From positions 1 through 36,195 of IMG/VR virus record IMGVR_UViG_3300030372_000594: 36,195 bases of DNA; one strand, 5' to 3'. Positions 7,163-15,720 of this stretch are shown in pieces. Under the pieces are notes generated by a model, which saw only the letters and a program-made list of their open reading frames with translations, was not told the DNA's origin and did no database searches. Within the stretch, counting starts at the first letter, position 1. Each line of letters starts with the position of its first letter. Source of the stretch: a virus. Lineage: Duplodnaviria; Caudoviricetes. The position numbers and the translations under genes are program-made.

Positions 7163-8854
7163 ATGACATTTGAGGAGAATGGTATATATGTAAAAGGCAC
7201 ATCGGGACAAGAGAAAACAATTTGCCCTAAATGCTCACACACTAGAAAAAATAAATCAGATAAATGCCTGTCTGTAAATATAGACGATGGTGTATGGCAT
7301 TGTCATCATTGTAATTGGGAAGGATCACTAGATTGGAAAAAAATAGTTAAGGAACTTAACTCTCAAAAACCGATAGAAAAACCAAATCCACCTAAGACAG
7401 AATTACCTGAAAAAGTTTATCAATGGTTTGAGGATAGGTGTATAACTAGGGCAGTAGTGGACTCAGAAAAAATAGGCTATGAAAATAGGTGGATACAATT
7501 TCCCTTTTATAAAAATGGTGAAGTGGTTAATATAAAGTCTAGGACGGCAGATAAGAATTTTAGGCAATCAAAGAATGCAGAGAAATGTTTTTATAGATTT
7601 GATTCTATGTTGGGAATGGAAACCATTATTATAACTGAGGGGGAAATGGATGCATTATCTCTGGTTCAATCTGGGTTTATGAATGTGGTATCTGTTCCCG
7701 ATGGTGCGCCATCTGTAGGGTCAAAGCCAAGTAATTTAAAGTTCAGTTATTTAATGTCAGCAGAAGAGCATTTAATGAGCGCAAATACTGTCATATTATG
7801 CACAGATTCTGATGGGGCAGGTAAACACCTAAGAGAAGAATTATCTAGGCGCATAGGTAGAGAAAAATGCTTTAGAGTGGTATATCCCGATGGATGCAAG
7901 GATATGAATGATGTTCTTATAAAGCATGGGGAAGATAAAGTGCAGGATATAGTGAGTAATGCCCACCCATATCCGATTGATGGGGTTGTAGCGATTAGTG
8001 ATATTGAAGATGATGCTATTGATTTATTATTAAAGCCACAACACAAAGGTTTATCTACAGGGTGGAATGCAGTTGACCCACATTATTTAGTTAGCCCATC
8101 TGAGGTTACTGTAATTACAGGGGTGCCTAATATGGGTAAGTCAGAATGGATGGATGCCTTAATGATAAATATGGTGCAAGAATATGGTTGGAAGTTTGGT
8201 ATATTCTCAGCAGAAAATTTTCCTGTGGAACATCACTTGTTGAAACTTGTTGGTAAATTTGCTGGGAAAGCATTTTGGGGGGAAGATAAATTAAATGAAT
8301 CTACAGCTAGAGGTTCAATGAAGATATTAAATGATCATATTAAATTTATAGGAACACAAGAGGACTCTGTAACAATAGAATCTATCATGGAACAGGCTAA
8401 GATATTAAACTATAGATTTGGATTAAATGGATTAGTGATTGACCCTTGGAATACATTAGAGCATAAATTTGGAGATGGAGAAAATGAGACTTTATATGTA
8501 TCTAGGGTATTGGCTCAGTTGAGTGCCTTTGCCAAAATGAATGAAATGCATATATGGGTAGTTGCTCACCCAAGAAAAATGGAGAATGATGTCAATAGGC
8601 GACCTGCTGTACCATCACCTTATGATATAAGTGGCTCAGCTAATTGGTTTAATAAATGTGATAATGCGATTACTGTTCATAGACATAAAACTGAGAATGA
8701 TGACTATGCAGGAATCCATGTACATAAAATTAGATTTCAATACAAGAATGGAAAGCCAAATCAAGGCAGACCAGCAAAGTTGAAGTATAATTTAGCTAAT
8801 GGAAAATATTATGAATACATTGAAGAAAGATTTAAGGAAGATTTATTTAAATAG
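7163..8854 (+). CDS. Bifunctional DNA primase-helicase (T7 gp4/Twinkle-like)
   Basis: Zn ribbon CPKC...CHHC; TOPRIM ITEGEMDAL...DSDGAG, KDMND; SF4 helicase Walker A GVPNMGKS, VIDP, VAHP, YDISGS. The start at 7163 follows GGGAG (track start 7115). Confidence 0.92.
   Translation: MTFEENGIYVKGTSGQEKTICPKCSHTRKNKSDKCLSVNIDDGVWHCHHCNWEGSLDWKKIVKELNSQKPIEKPNPPKTELPEKVYQWFEDRCITRAVVDSEKIGYENRWIQFPFYKNGEVVNIKSRTADKNFRQSKNAEKCFYRFDSMLGMETIIITEGEMDALSLVQSGFMNVVSVPDGAPSVGSKPSNLKFSYLMSAEEHLMSANTVILCTDSDGAGKHLREELSRRIGREKCFRVVYPDGCKDMNDVLIKHGEDKVQDIVSNAHPYPIDGVVAISDIEDDAIDLLLKPQHKGLSTGWNAVDPHYLVSPSEVTVITGVPNMGKSEWMDALMINMVQEYGWKFGIFSAENFPVEHHLLKLVGKFAGKAFWGEDKLNESTARGSMKILNDHIKFIGTQEDSVTIESIMEQAKILNYRFGLNGLVIDPWNTLEHKFGDGENETLYVSRVLAQLSAFAKMNEMHIWVVAHPRKMENDVNRRPAVPSPYDISGSANWFNKCDNAITVHRHKTENDDYAGIHVHKIRFQYKNGKPNQGRPAKLKYNLANGKYYEYIEERFKEDLFK
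7345..7361. repeat. 17-bp palindrome copy 5 (AGTTAAG-GAA-CTTAACT)
   Basis: In the linker after the primase Zn ribbon, read as V-K-E-L-N. Confidence 0.9.
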
Positions 8855-9035
8855 GTCTGAAGAAATAACTAATGAAAAGTTTAAAAACAGGAGCATAGAC
8901 AGACAGATAAGACATATGCGAAAAAGATTGCATGAAGAATTTGACCAGATATGGATCAAATATAATAATAACCAAGCCACATACCAACAATGGGAGATTG
9001 CATTGGATAAGTGGTTAAATTCGGAGTTAATATGA
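8799..9035 (+). CDS. Hypothetical protein
   Basis: 78-aa ORF bridging the helicase and phosphoesterase genes; start uncertain. Confidence 0.6.
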   Translation: MENIMNTLKKDLRKIYLNRSEEITNEKFKNRSIDRQIRHMRKRLHEEFDQIWIKYNNNQATYQQWEIALDKWLNSELI

Positions 9036-9796
9036 AAGTAAAAAGATACATAGTAACACCTGACAAGCATTTCCCTATGGCAGATATGAAGGCTATCAAT
9101 GTAGTGTGTAAGGCTATCGAGATTATAAAACCTGATGGATATATAGATTTAGGCGACACAGGCGAATGGGAATCAGTTAGTCATTGGCAATGGAAAAAGA
9201 AAAAAAGACCACCATTGGAATATCAATTACCCTTTGTTACCAAGGAAATAGAAGAGGTTAATAAAGGGATGGATATAATAGATGAGGCACTAGACAAAGC
9301 CTATGTATTAGAAAGACATTTTATTGAAGGCAACCATGAGGATTGGCTCAATAGATTTGTTGAAGAAAACCCCTACCTAGCTAAGGATTTTTTAGTAAAG
9401 AATGCACTTAAATTAAAAGAGCGTGGTTATGCATACCACCCATTAGGTAAGATGTTAAAGATTGGAAAGCTTAACTTTTATCATGGTCATCATTATGCTG
9501 GGATACAACACACTAGAAATCACTTACTTAGAATGGGTGGAAATGTTATGTATGGTCATCATCACGATATACAGCAATCTAGCGTTACTCACATAGATGG
9601 TGTTAAGTCAGCTTGGTCTATTGGGTGTTTAAAAGATATGAGTGCAGAGGCTAATCAATGGCTTGGTAATAGACACCATAATTGGCAACACGCTTTTGCT
9701 ATAGTTGATTTTTATCATAATGGGTTTTTTACAGTACACTTGGTTCAGATTGTAGATGGCAAAACATCATTATGGGGAGAGTTAATTAAGGGTTGA
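9032..9796 (+). CDS. Calcineurin-like metallophosphoesterase
   Basis: DxH (PDKH), LGD, GNHE, HG and GHHH motifs; ATG 9032 after GGAG (track start 9011). Confidence 0.88.
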   Translation: MKVKRYIVTPDKHFPMADMKAINVVCKAIEIIKPDGYIDLGDTGEWESVSHWQWKKKKRPPLEYQLPFVTKEIEEVNKGMDIIDEALDKAYVLERHFIEGNHEDWLNRFVEENPYLAKDFLVKNALKLKERGYAYHPLGKMLKIGKLNFYHGHHYAGIQHTRNHLLRMGGNVMYGHHHDIQQSSVTHIDGVKSAWSIGCLKDMSAEANQWLGNRHHNWQHAFAIVDFYHNGFFTVHLVQIVDGKTSLWGELIKG

Positions 9797-9827
9797 TATA
9801 TAAACAAGAGAGGAGATAAATTTATAT

Positions 9828-9962
9828 ATGGAAACAAGAGAAAAAATAAGAGTTGAGTTCCCCGAAAACGCTAGTAAGGAGAAGATAGAATCTATACGAC
9901 AAGAACTATTTAACCTACTAGCAAGGCATTCTTGCAGAATAAGGAGAATTGATAATGAGTAG
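9828..9962 (+). CDS. Hypothetical protein (44 aa, not in ORF track)
   Basis: GAGGAG RBS; METREKIRVEFPEN... Confidence 0.55.
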   Translation: METREKIRVEFPENASKEKIESIRQELFNLLARHSCRIRRIDNE

Positions 9963-10233
9963 AGATAGATATTTAGGCACAATAGCTTGGGATGGGTATG
10001 ATTCAGATACTGATGGCTCAATTACAATAGTCAGAAATAATACGGAAGATTTGATTGAGGGGGTAATAGAATACCTTGACAAACTTAGTGGTAGGGGTGC
10101 ATATCTTGAGTGTGCATCTATTGAAATGGCTATGATTGGCAAGAATAGTAAAATTGATAGCGAAGTTGAAATCGCTAGGGACATTACAGATACACTTAAA
10201 ACAATAATAAAAAAAAGGAGATCAAATGGATAA
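9949..10233 (+). CDS. Hypothetical protein
   Basis: 94-aa ORF with AAGGAG RBS; true start is probably ATG 9955. Confidence 0.7.
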   Translation: MIMSRDRYLGTIAWDGYDSDTDGSITIVRNNTEDLIEGVIEYLDKLSGRGAYLECASIEMAMIGKNSKIDSEVEIARDITDTLKTIIKKRRSNG

Positions 10234-10738
10234 AGACACAATCAAACTAAGCCCAGACGATGCTAATATTGTAGAGCTTATGTACGAAACACCAAAAACA
10301 GGAACTAATTCATATGGTAATTGGTACTTGTATGGAGTTAGAAAGGATGGTGTAGAGACAGGGTTCTTTGCTACTGATGCTTTACATAAAAAGTTGTCAG
10401 TATATGGGCAAGGGGCTAAGGTAAGCATTACTAAAGAAGAGTATGCGCCAGGAAAATCTGCTTGGACAGTTGAACCACTTTCGGGTACTGCGCCAAAGCC
10501 ACAAACTGAAGTATCTTATAGTAATATAGATGCTAGAACACACGATATACATAAACAGGTGTGTTTAAAGTTAGCTGTTGAGATGTTTGGTAAAACTAAG
10601 GACATCTTAAAAGACCAAGAGGTTGTAGCAATAGAGACCAATATGAAAGTATTGTTATCTGTTTTGGAATCTACGGAAATCGTTAAGGACTCAACACCCC
10701 CTGTTGATCCTGTTAAAAATGACGATATGCCTTATTAG
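10226..10738 (+). CDS. Putative single-stranded DNA-binding protein
   Basis: Beta-rich aromatic N-terminal half and an acidic C-terminal tip DDMPY resembling the SSB DDIPF motif. Confidence 0.5.
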   Translation: MDKDTIKLSPDDANIVELMYETPKTGTNSYGNWYLYGVRKDGVETGFFATDALHKKLSVYGQGAKVSITKEEYAPGKSAWTVEPLSGTAPKPQTEVSYSNIDARTHDIHKQVCLKLAVEMFGKTKDILKDQEVVAIETNMKVLLSVLESTEIVKDSTPPVDPVKNDDMPY

Positions 10739-10744
10739 GTAATT

Positions 10745-11107
10745 GTGAAGAAATCATTGTCAAAGAAACTTGATAAAGCGTGGGCAGATAAAATTAAGGA
10801 ATATGGTATGTGTGAATACTGTCATAAAACTAAGCCTCTTAATGCTCATCATTTTTACTCACGCTCTATTAGGTCTGTCCGATGGGATATTGATAATGGT
10901 TTCTGTCTCTGTGTGGGGTGCCATGTGTTCTCCTCCAAATTCTCTGCTCATAAAACTCCAGCTGAGTTTGTCGAGTGGGCAGTAGAAAAGCGTGGCACCC
11001 TTTGGTACGAGACAGTCAAGAAAAGAAAAAATACAGTCATTAAATTTACAGACGATGACTATGAGGAGATTATTACCAAATTGAGACAAACAGAATTTAA
11101 ATTTTAA
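10745..11107 (+). CDS. NinG/HNH-like nuclease
   Basis: CEYC...LNAHHFYSR...VRWDIDNGFCLCVGCH. Confidence 0.75.
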   Translation: MKKSLSKKLDKAWADKIKEYGMCEYCHKTKPLNAHHFYSRSIRSVRWDIDNGFCLCVGCHVFSSKFSAHKTPAEFVEWAVEKRGTLWYETVKKRKNTVIKFTDDDYEEIITKLRQTEFKF

Positions 11108-11108
11108 G

Positions 11109-11125
11109 AGTTAAGGTACTTAACT
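11109..11125. repeat. 17-bp palindrome copy 6 (AGTTAAG-GTA-CTTAACT)
   Basis: Intergenic, between the stop at 11107 and the AGGAGG RBS of 11137. Confidence 0.9.
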
Positions 11126-11136
11126 TAGGAGGAACT

Positions 11137-11370
11137 ATGAAAGACTTAAAAAAAATTAGAAATAAAGTAACTAGCATTTGGAGTTACACAGAATTGGAGA
11201 TGGGAGATTTTTCTAAAAGTGGATTACAAAAACACATTAATAAAATCAGTAGTATAGTGGATGAAATTTTATTAGATATGGATCAATTAAATTTATGCTA
11301 CTTATGTTCTAATTCTGAAGTATGCAATGAATGTTCAGATGAAATGGAAAAACAAATGGGAGATATATAA
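11137..11370 (+). CDS. Hypothetical protein with C-terminal CxxC pairs
   Basis: 77-aa ORF with AGGAGG RBS; CYLC...CNEC. Confidence 0.7.
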   Translation: MKDLKKIRNKVTSIWSYTELEMGDFSKSGLQKHINKISSIVDEILLDMDQLNLCYLCSNSEVCNECSDEMEKQMGDI

Positions 11371-11483
11371 TGATTATACTAGATATAAGTGAGTTTGTAG
11401 TAAGTTTCTTTTTATTTTCTTTTGGACTGTTTTGGCTATCTATAGCAGTCGTAATACTTTATATAGTATTTAGCAGTAAATAA
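11370..11483 (+). CDS. Small membrane protein (37 aa, not in ORF track)
   Basis: TAATG-coupled; MIILDISEFVVSFFLFSFGLFWLSIAVVILYIVFSSK. Confidence 0.55.
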   Translation: MIILDISEFVVSFFLFSFGLFWLSIAVVILYIVFSSK

Positions 11484-11581
11484 ATGCCCTATAGAAGTTT
11501 TTTGATTAACCAATGTGGTGAAAGATAGGCTGACAGGTTGGCTACCGATAGGGCAAAAATTTAATAAAAAAGGAGTACAAT

Positions 11582-11698
11582 ATGATAGAAGTAATGTTAA
11601 TGTTTATATTGGTATTAGTTGTGTACAACAGCACTCTTTGGGAAAAAGGGGAGTGGGATACTAATCTAGCAAAATGGGTTTATTGGAGAAATAAATGA
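11582..11698 (+). CDS. Small membrane-anchored protein (38 aa, not in ORF track)
   Basis: AAGGAG RBS; MIEVMLMFILVLVVYNSTLWEKGEW... Confidence 0.55.
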   Translation: MIEVMLMFILVLVVYNSTLWEKGEWDTNLAKWVYWRNK

Positions 11699-12015
11699 CA
11701 GTACCTGATTTTATAAAATGGGCAGAGTCTATGCAAAAAGAAGAAAATAGGATTATGCTATGCAAGGGTAAAGAATATACTGTCTCTGATGAAGATAAGT
11801 TTAAAAACTTTAAAAGCATCGGGGATAGACTATCCATGAAACCTGAGCAAGTTGCTATGATTTATCTTTTAAAACACATGGACTCTATTAGGAACTATAT
11901 ATTAACAGGTAAGGAGTCTAGTGAGGAACCTATAATTGGCAGAGTACAGGATGCACGAAACTATTTATTACTATTAGGTGGAATAATTGCCGAAAAAGAA
12001 ACAAAGAAAACTTGA
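11695..12015 (+). CDS. All-alpha nucleotide-modification-associated (Nmad1/DUF1599-like) protein
   Basis: KGKEY...FKNF...LKH.DSI...E.I.GR..DARNYL pattern. Confidence 0.55.
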   Translation: MTVPDFIKWAESMQKEENRIMLCKGKEYTVSDEDKFKNFKSIGDRLSMKPEQVAMIYLLKHMDSIRNYILTGKESSEEPIIGRVQDARNYLLLLGGIIAEKETKKT

Positions 12016-12235
12016 CTCTATTCAATGGGTTATTGATGCTCTCGATAGTCCCATTGTAGAAAAGAAATATAGAGAAAATCATAAAACAGACGAAGTCAGG
12101 GCTGACGAATCTTTATTCTGGTGTCCCACTTGCCGTAAGAAGTGGAACATATTTGAGGGTAAATTGTGGAGCAGTCCTGATATGAAACTATGGGATGAAA
12201 AAATATGCCTAGATTGCGATTTGCTTGTAAAGTAG
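11987..12235 (+). CDS. Putative zinc-ribbon protein
   Basis: CPTC...CLDC. Confidence 0.6.
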   Translation: MPKKKQRKLDSIQWVIDALDSPIVEKKYRENHKTDEVRADESLFWCPTCRKKWNIFEGKLWSSPDMKLWDEKICLDCDLLVK

Positions 12236-12567
12236 AAAATGGTCAATTAGTTATTACTAATAGGTCTGAGTTTGATGATGTTATAAGTAAGCTTAATGGT
12301 GATTATTATATTGAGTTAAAAGAAACAGGTGTGAGATCTGCACAACAAAATAATTATTATTGGGCTATTGTAGATTTATTAGCAAATGATTTAGGGTATA
12401 CTAATAGAGAAATGCACGATGCCATTAAAACACATTTTGAAATCGAAAGCACCAAGATACTTACAACAAAAGAATTTTCTCAGTTTATAGAGCGCATTAT
12501 AAGATGGTCTGCTATAGAGTTAGGAGTTGTTGTACCAGACTCTAAAACTCTTCTTCAATCCTCATAG
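12205..12567 (+). CDS. NinB/YbcN-like recombination protein
   Basis: RSAQQNNYYW...MHD...STKILTTKEFSQFIERI motifs. Confidence 0.75.
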   Translation: MPRLRFACKVENGQLVITNRSEFDDVISKLNGDYYIELKETGVRSAQQNNYYWAIVDLLANDLGYTNREMHDAIKTHFEIESTKILTTKEFSQFIERIIRWSAIELGVVVPDSKTLLQSS

Positions 12568-13594
12568 ATACATTAAATACATCAGGTGCAACCTGAGTCA
12601 TATCAAAACTATTTTTTCCAAATCTAGCAAATAAATAATCAGACTCTGCCGTACTGCTATTATCTGTAGTAAATATAAATGGTAGGTGATTCCCATTTGT
12701 CATATTCCATACATCTTCTAATACTGCATCATCATCACGATCAATAGCTGAATAGCTGTCAGGCATTACATCGGTAGATGCTAGGTAACTAAATTTCATA
12801 TCATATGCCATTCTTCCCCCATGACTACCCCATCTATTTGTATCAGTTTGAAATGGTGATTTATTATCTGTACTTGATATTCTTCCATGATTAGTCATTG
12901 TTGAAAATCTTTGACCACCTATTGATTGCTGTACATCCACAGTATCAAATATAATACTTCTTTTAATATCTAAATCAGGGCTTACAGGCATATCATAATA
13001 CTGACCCATCATTATACATCCTATTTTTAAGTTGTTAGAATCATCAAAATAAGCACCATCACCATCAGCACCTTGATTAGTAATGCCTTCAAACTGTATT
13101 CCCCAATATCTTAATGATGAATTAGCAAATGTAATGATTGTTGTGCCGTTACTTGCTGGGGTAATTTCATATGGAGATGATCCATCCTTAGCTCCATTCA
13201 TAACAGTAGATGCATTTATTATTGTTGGGCTATTAAAATCTTCATTGTTTACTTGAGATTCAGTATTACTAGCCCCTACTTGAAATTTAGCCTCAGCAGA
13301 AGCCATATTATGATTTACAATAGCTATAAAATTATGTTCCCATGCTGTTGATTCAGTATCAATATTAACCAAAACGTGCTTTTGCCTCTCAGTATCATTT
13401 GTAGCTGTAGCCCAAGATACTTGATTAAGTGGTCTTAAATCAAATAACTCTGGCTCTGAACCTGTTGCAAAAGTGCTAATTAAATTAGTATCTGAAATTA
13501 CATCATAATTATTATTTTGGACAGTTCCTCTACTCATTGCGTAATTTGGAAGATCTATAAAAAATCTCGGTGTTCTAATATTTACATTTGCCAT
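12542..13594 (-). CDS. Distal tail/baseplate-region structural protein
   Basis: 350 aa; last gene of the tail operon; called from position. Confidence 0.55.
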   Translation of the reverse strand: MANVNIRTPRFFIDLPNYAMSRGTVQNNNYDVISDTNLISTFATGSEPELFDLRPLNQVSWATATNDTERQKHVLVNIDTESTAWEHNFIAIVNHNMASAEAKFQVGASNTESQVNNEDFNSPTIINASTVMNGAKDGSSPYEITPASNGTTIITFANSSLRYWGIQFEGITNQGADGDGAYFDDSNNLKIGCIMMGQYYDMPVSPDLDIKRSIIFDTVDVQQSIGGQRFSTMTNHGRISSTDNKSPFQTDTNRWGSHGGRMAYDMKFSYLASTDVMPDSYSAIDRDDDAVLEDVWNMTNGNHLPFIFTTDNSSTAESDYLFARFGKNSFDMTQVAPDVFNVSMRIEEEF

Positions 13595-15714
13595 TATATT
13601 TGCCTCGCTTTAATAGAAAGTTTTCCAACTCCCCTATTGATATCTGTAATTATAAATGTTTGACTACTCCAAGATGCTGAATTATACCCCATTGGTGACT
13701 CTGGAAACATATTATTATTATCAAATGCTATGGTAGACCCTACTTCTATTGGGCTTAAACTTGAATCAACCCACTTTGCAGGATTAACTATATCGCATGA
13801 TACTAATAATTTAATGTCTCCAAAAATATTATCATAGTATGTATAAAAATCATCATTTGGATTACTAGATGGTGTTGTTGGTATATCACTTGCTGATGCA
13901 CTATGACCAACATAGGCATCTAAACTAATTTGTTCTATATTTTCTTTGGTTTGAATATTCCAATTAGTTCTTGATGTAGAGTTGCTTGAAGATACAGTAG
14001 TTAAATATTGATCTAAAGCTGGATGTTTTCTATATGAAATATCCATTTTTGTAATTAAATCTGAAAAGGGAGTTACGGCAACAGACACATTATCAATATC
14101 ATATTTATCCAAAGTTGCATCTACAGAACCATAGGAGTCCTGTATAAAAATATACTGCCCTGTTCCGTCAAACCTATATCGAAATATAAACCCACCTTCG
14201 TACTGCAATTTCTCTAATTCTTTTTCTAAGCTTACTGGTTCTAGTTGCCAGTATCTAATTTGCCAGTCTTTTGCAGTATTTAAAGCACTCCAACCAGTTG
14301 GATCTGTTGTTGATAAACCAGCAAATCTAGTTAATAAATCTCTATGAGCTTCGTGTATTTCTGTAATACTATTGCTTGACCCTGAATAAGATTCAGTTAG
14401 TCCTTCTCCTCCCTCATACATAAACTCTAAATCGTCTAAATATTGTTTTGTTGATTCTGTGCTATCTGCTGAAGTGTCTAAAGCTACTTTTACTATTATA
14501 TGAGAGTCGTATACCCTACAAGATATAGTTTCTCCAGATGTATCAGTTTGAAAAGTTAATCTATATTTAAAGTTAGGTAGCTGATTATTATTATTTGTAT
14601 AATGACTTGTTAGCTCTGCCCCACTTAATGTAGCTGTATCAGTTAAGATACTATCACTAAACGATGAAGTTACAGTATCAATATGTGTAGACCCCACATA
14701 TATTGACAGGCTACCATCTATATCTGTACCAGTTCTATAAAGCCTGTATCTTGTAAATATTTCTATTTCTGTAATTTTCCCAACAATATTAGGAGGTGTA
14801 AACTCTAAATCTTTTGTAATGTCACCAGCTCCTGCATCTGATTCAGATGTTACTTTTTCAAATTGAGCATAAGTAGAGCTATCATCACTTCTAGAATCAA
14901 ATGCATTATCTGTGTTTGTCCATTGCTCATTACTTAAAGTTGTTTTATGCTTTGTTTTAAATCCCCTAAATAAATCAGTTCTACATTTCATAGCGTTACC
15001 ACCTTGATATGTTTCTGATATATCTGTAAATGCAGAGCTGGTTAATCCTATGGGTACAAATTGATCACAATCTTTTTCATAATGATGTAGCCTACCATCT
15101 TTATTAGCATTCCCATCGTAAGACCTAGCTACTAAGGCTGTTATTTTGCCACTCGTATTATCCACAGGTACAGGGTACAGCGATCTAGTTTCTGATAAAT
15201 TTTGAGAATCTTGAGATGAGGTACTTTCTTCAAAATTACCATAAGCAACAGGAAAATACTTCAAAGATATTGTAGCTTGATCTTGGGGAAATTTTATAAA
15301 ATCCCAAGGTCTTTGAGTTGCCAAGGAGAGATTAACTGTTTTGCCGTTTGTAGAAATATCAACTAATCTAAATGCTCCTATTTGTTGAGCAGTATCAGCG
15401 TTAATTTGAGAATGAACAGTAACTAATTGATTGATATAGTTATTGGTTCCCCCAAATAATTCATTAGATATTGCACTACCTTTGTAATTAAAATCAACTA
15501 TACTTAAAGACATATTAGAAGTTTTGGCTACAGAGTTTTTTAAATCTATTGATTCTCTTATAGATGGCTTATTTAATATTACTCCATGATAAAAATTACT
15601 ACCATAGGTTACATCCTTAAATGATATAAATACACCACCACTTTGCCTATTAGCAAGTTTAAATAACCAATTTTCTGAGATGTTACTTAATTTTATAGAT
15701 GTTCCGTATGCCAT
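13594..15714 (-). CDS. Tail tip/hub structural protein
   Basis: 706 aa, directly after the tape measure gene; beta-rich. Confidence 0.6.
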   Translation of the reverse strand: MAYGTSIKLSNISENWLFKLANRQSGGVFISFKDVTYGSNFYHGVILNKPSIRESIDLKNSVAKTSNMSLSIVDFNYKGSAISNELFGGTNNYINQLVTVHSQINADTAQQIGAFRLVDISTNGKTVNLSLATQRPWDFIKFPQDQATISLKYFPVAYGNFEESTSSQDSQNLSETRSLYPVPVDNTSGKITALVARSYDGNANKDGRLHHYEKDCDQFVPIGLTSSAFTDISETYQGGNAMKCRTDLFRGFKTKHKTTLSNEQWTNTDNAFDSRSDDSSTYAQFEKVTSESDAGAGDITKDLEFTPPNIVGKITEIEIFTRYRLYRTGTDIDGSLSIYVGSTHIDTVTSSFSDSILTDTATLSGAELTSHYTNNNNQLPNFKYRLTFQTDTSGETISCRVYDSHIIVKVALDTSADSTESTKQYLDDLEFMYEGGEGLTESYSGSSNSITEIHEAHRDLLTRFAGLSTTDPTGWSALNTAKDWQIRYWQLEPVSLEKELEKLQYEGGFIFRYRFDGTGQYIFIQDSYGSVDATLDKYDIDNVSVAVTPFSDLITKMDISYRKHPALDQYLTTVSSSNSTSRTNWNIQTKENIEQISLDAYVGHSASASDIPTTPSSNPNDDFYTYYDNIFGDIKLLVSCDIVNPAKWVDSSLSPIEVGSTIAFDNNNMFPESPMGYNSASWSSQTFIITDINRGVGKLSIKARQI

Positions 15715-15720
15715 TTTATA

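Noticed and set aside
621-11089. Minus-strand ORFs in the early arm (e.g. 621, 2172, 3112, 7747, 8843, 8956, 9782, 9918, 10222, 10859) and the nested + ORF 10770
   Set aside because: They are shadows of well-supported + strand genes and show no recognisable motifs.
11723-12110. Further hammerheads at CTGATGA (about 11726) and CTGACGA (about 12102)
   Set aside because: No stem II, GAAA, stem III and NUH arrangement follows, and both lie inside CDSs.
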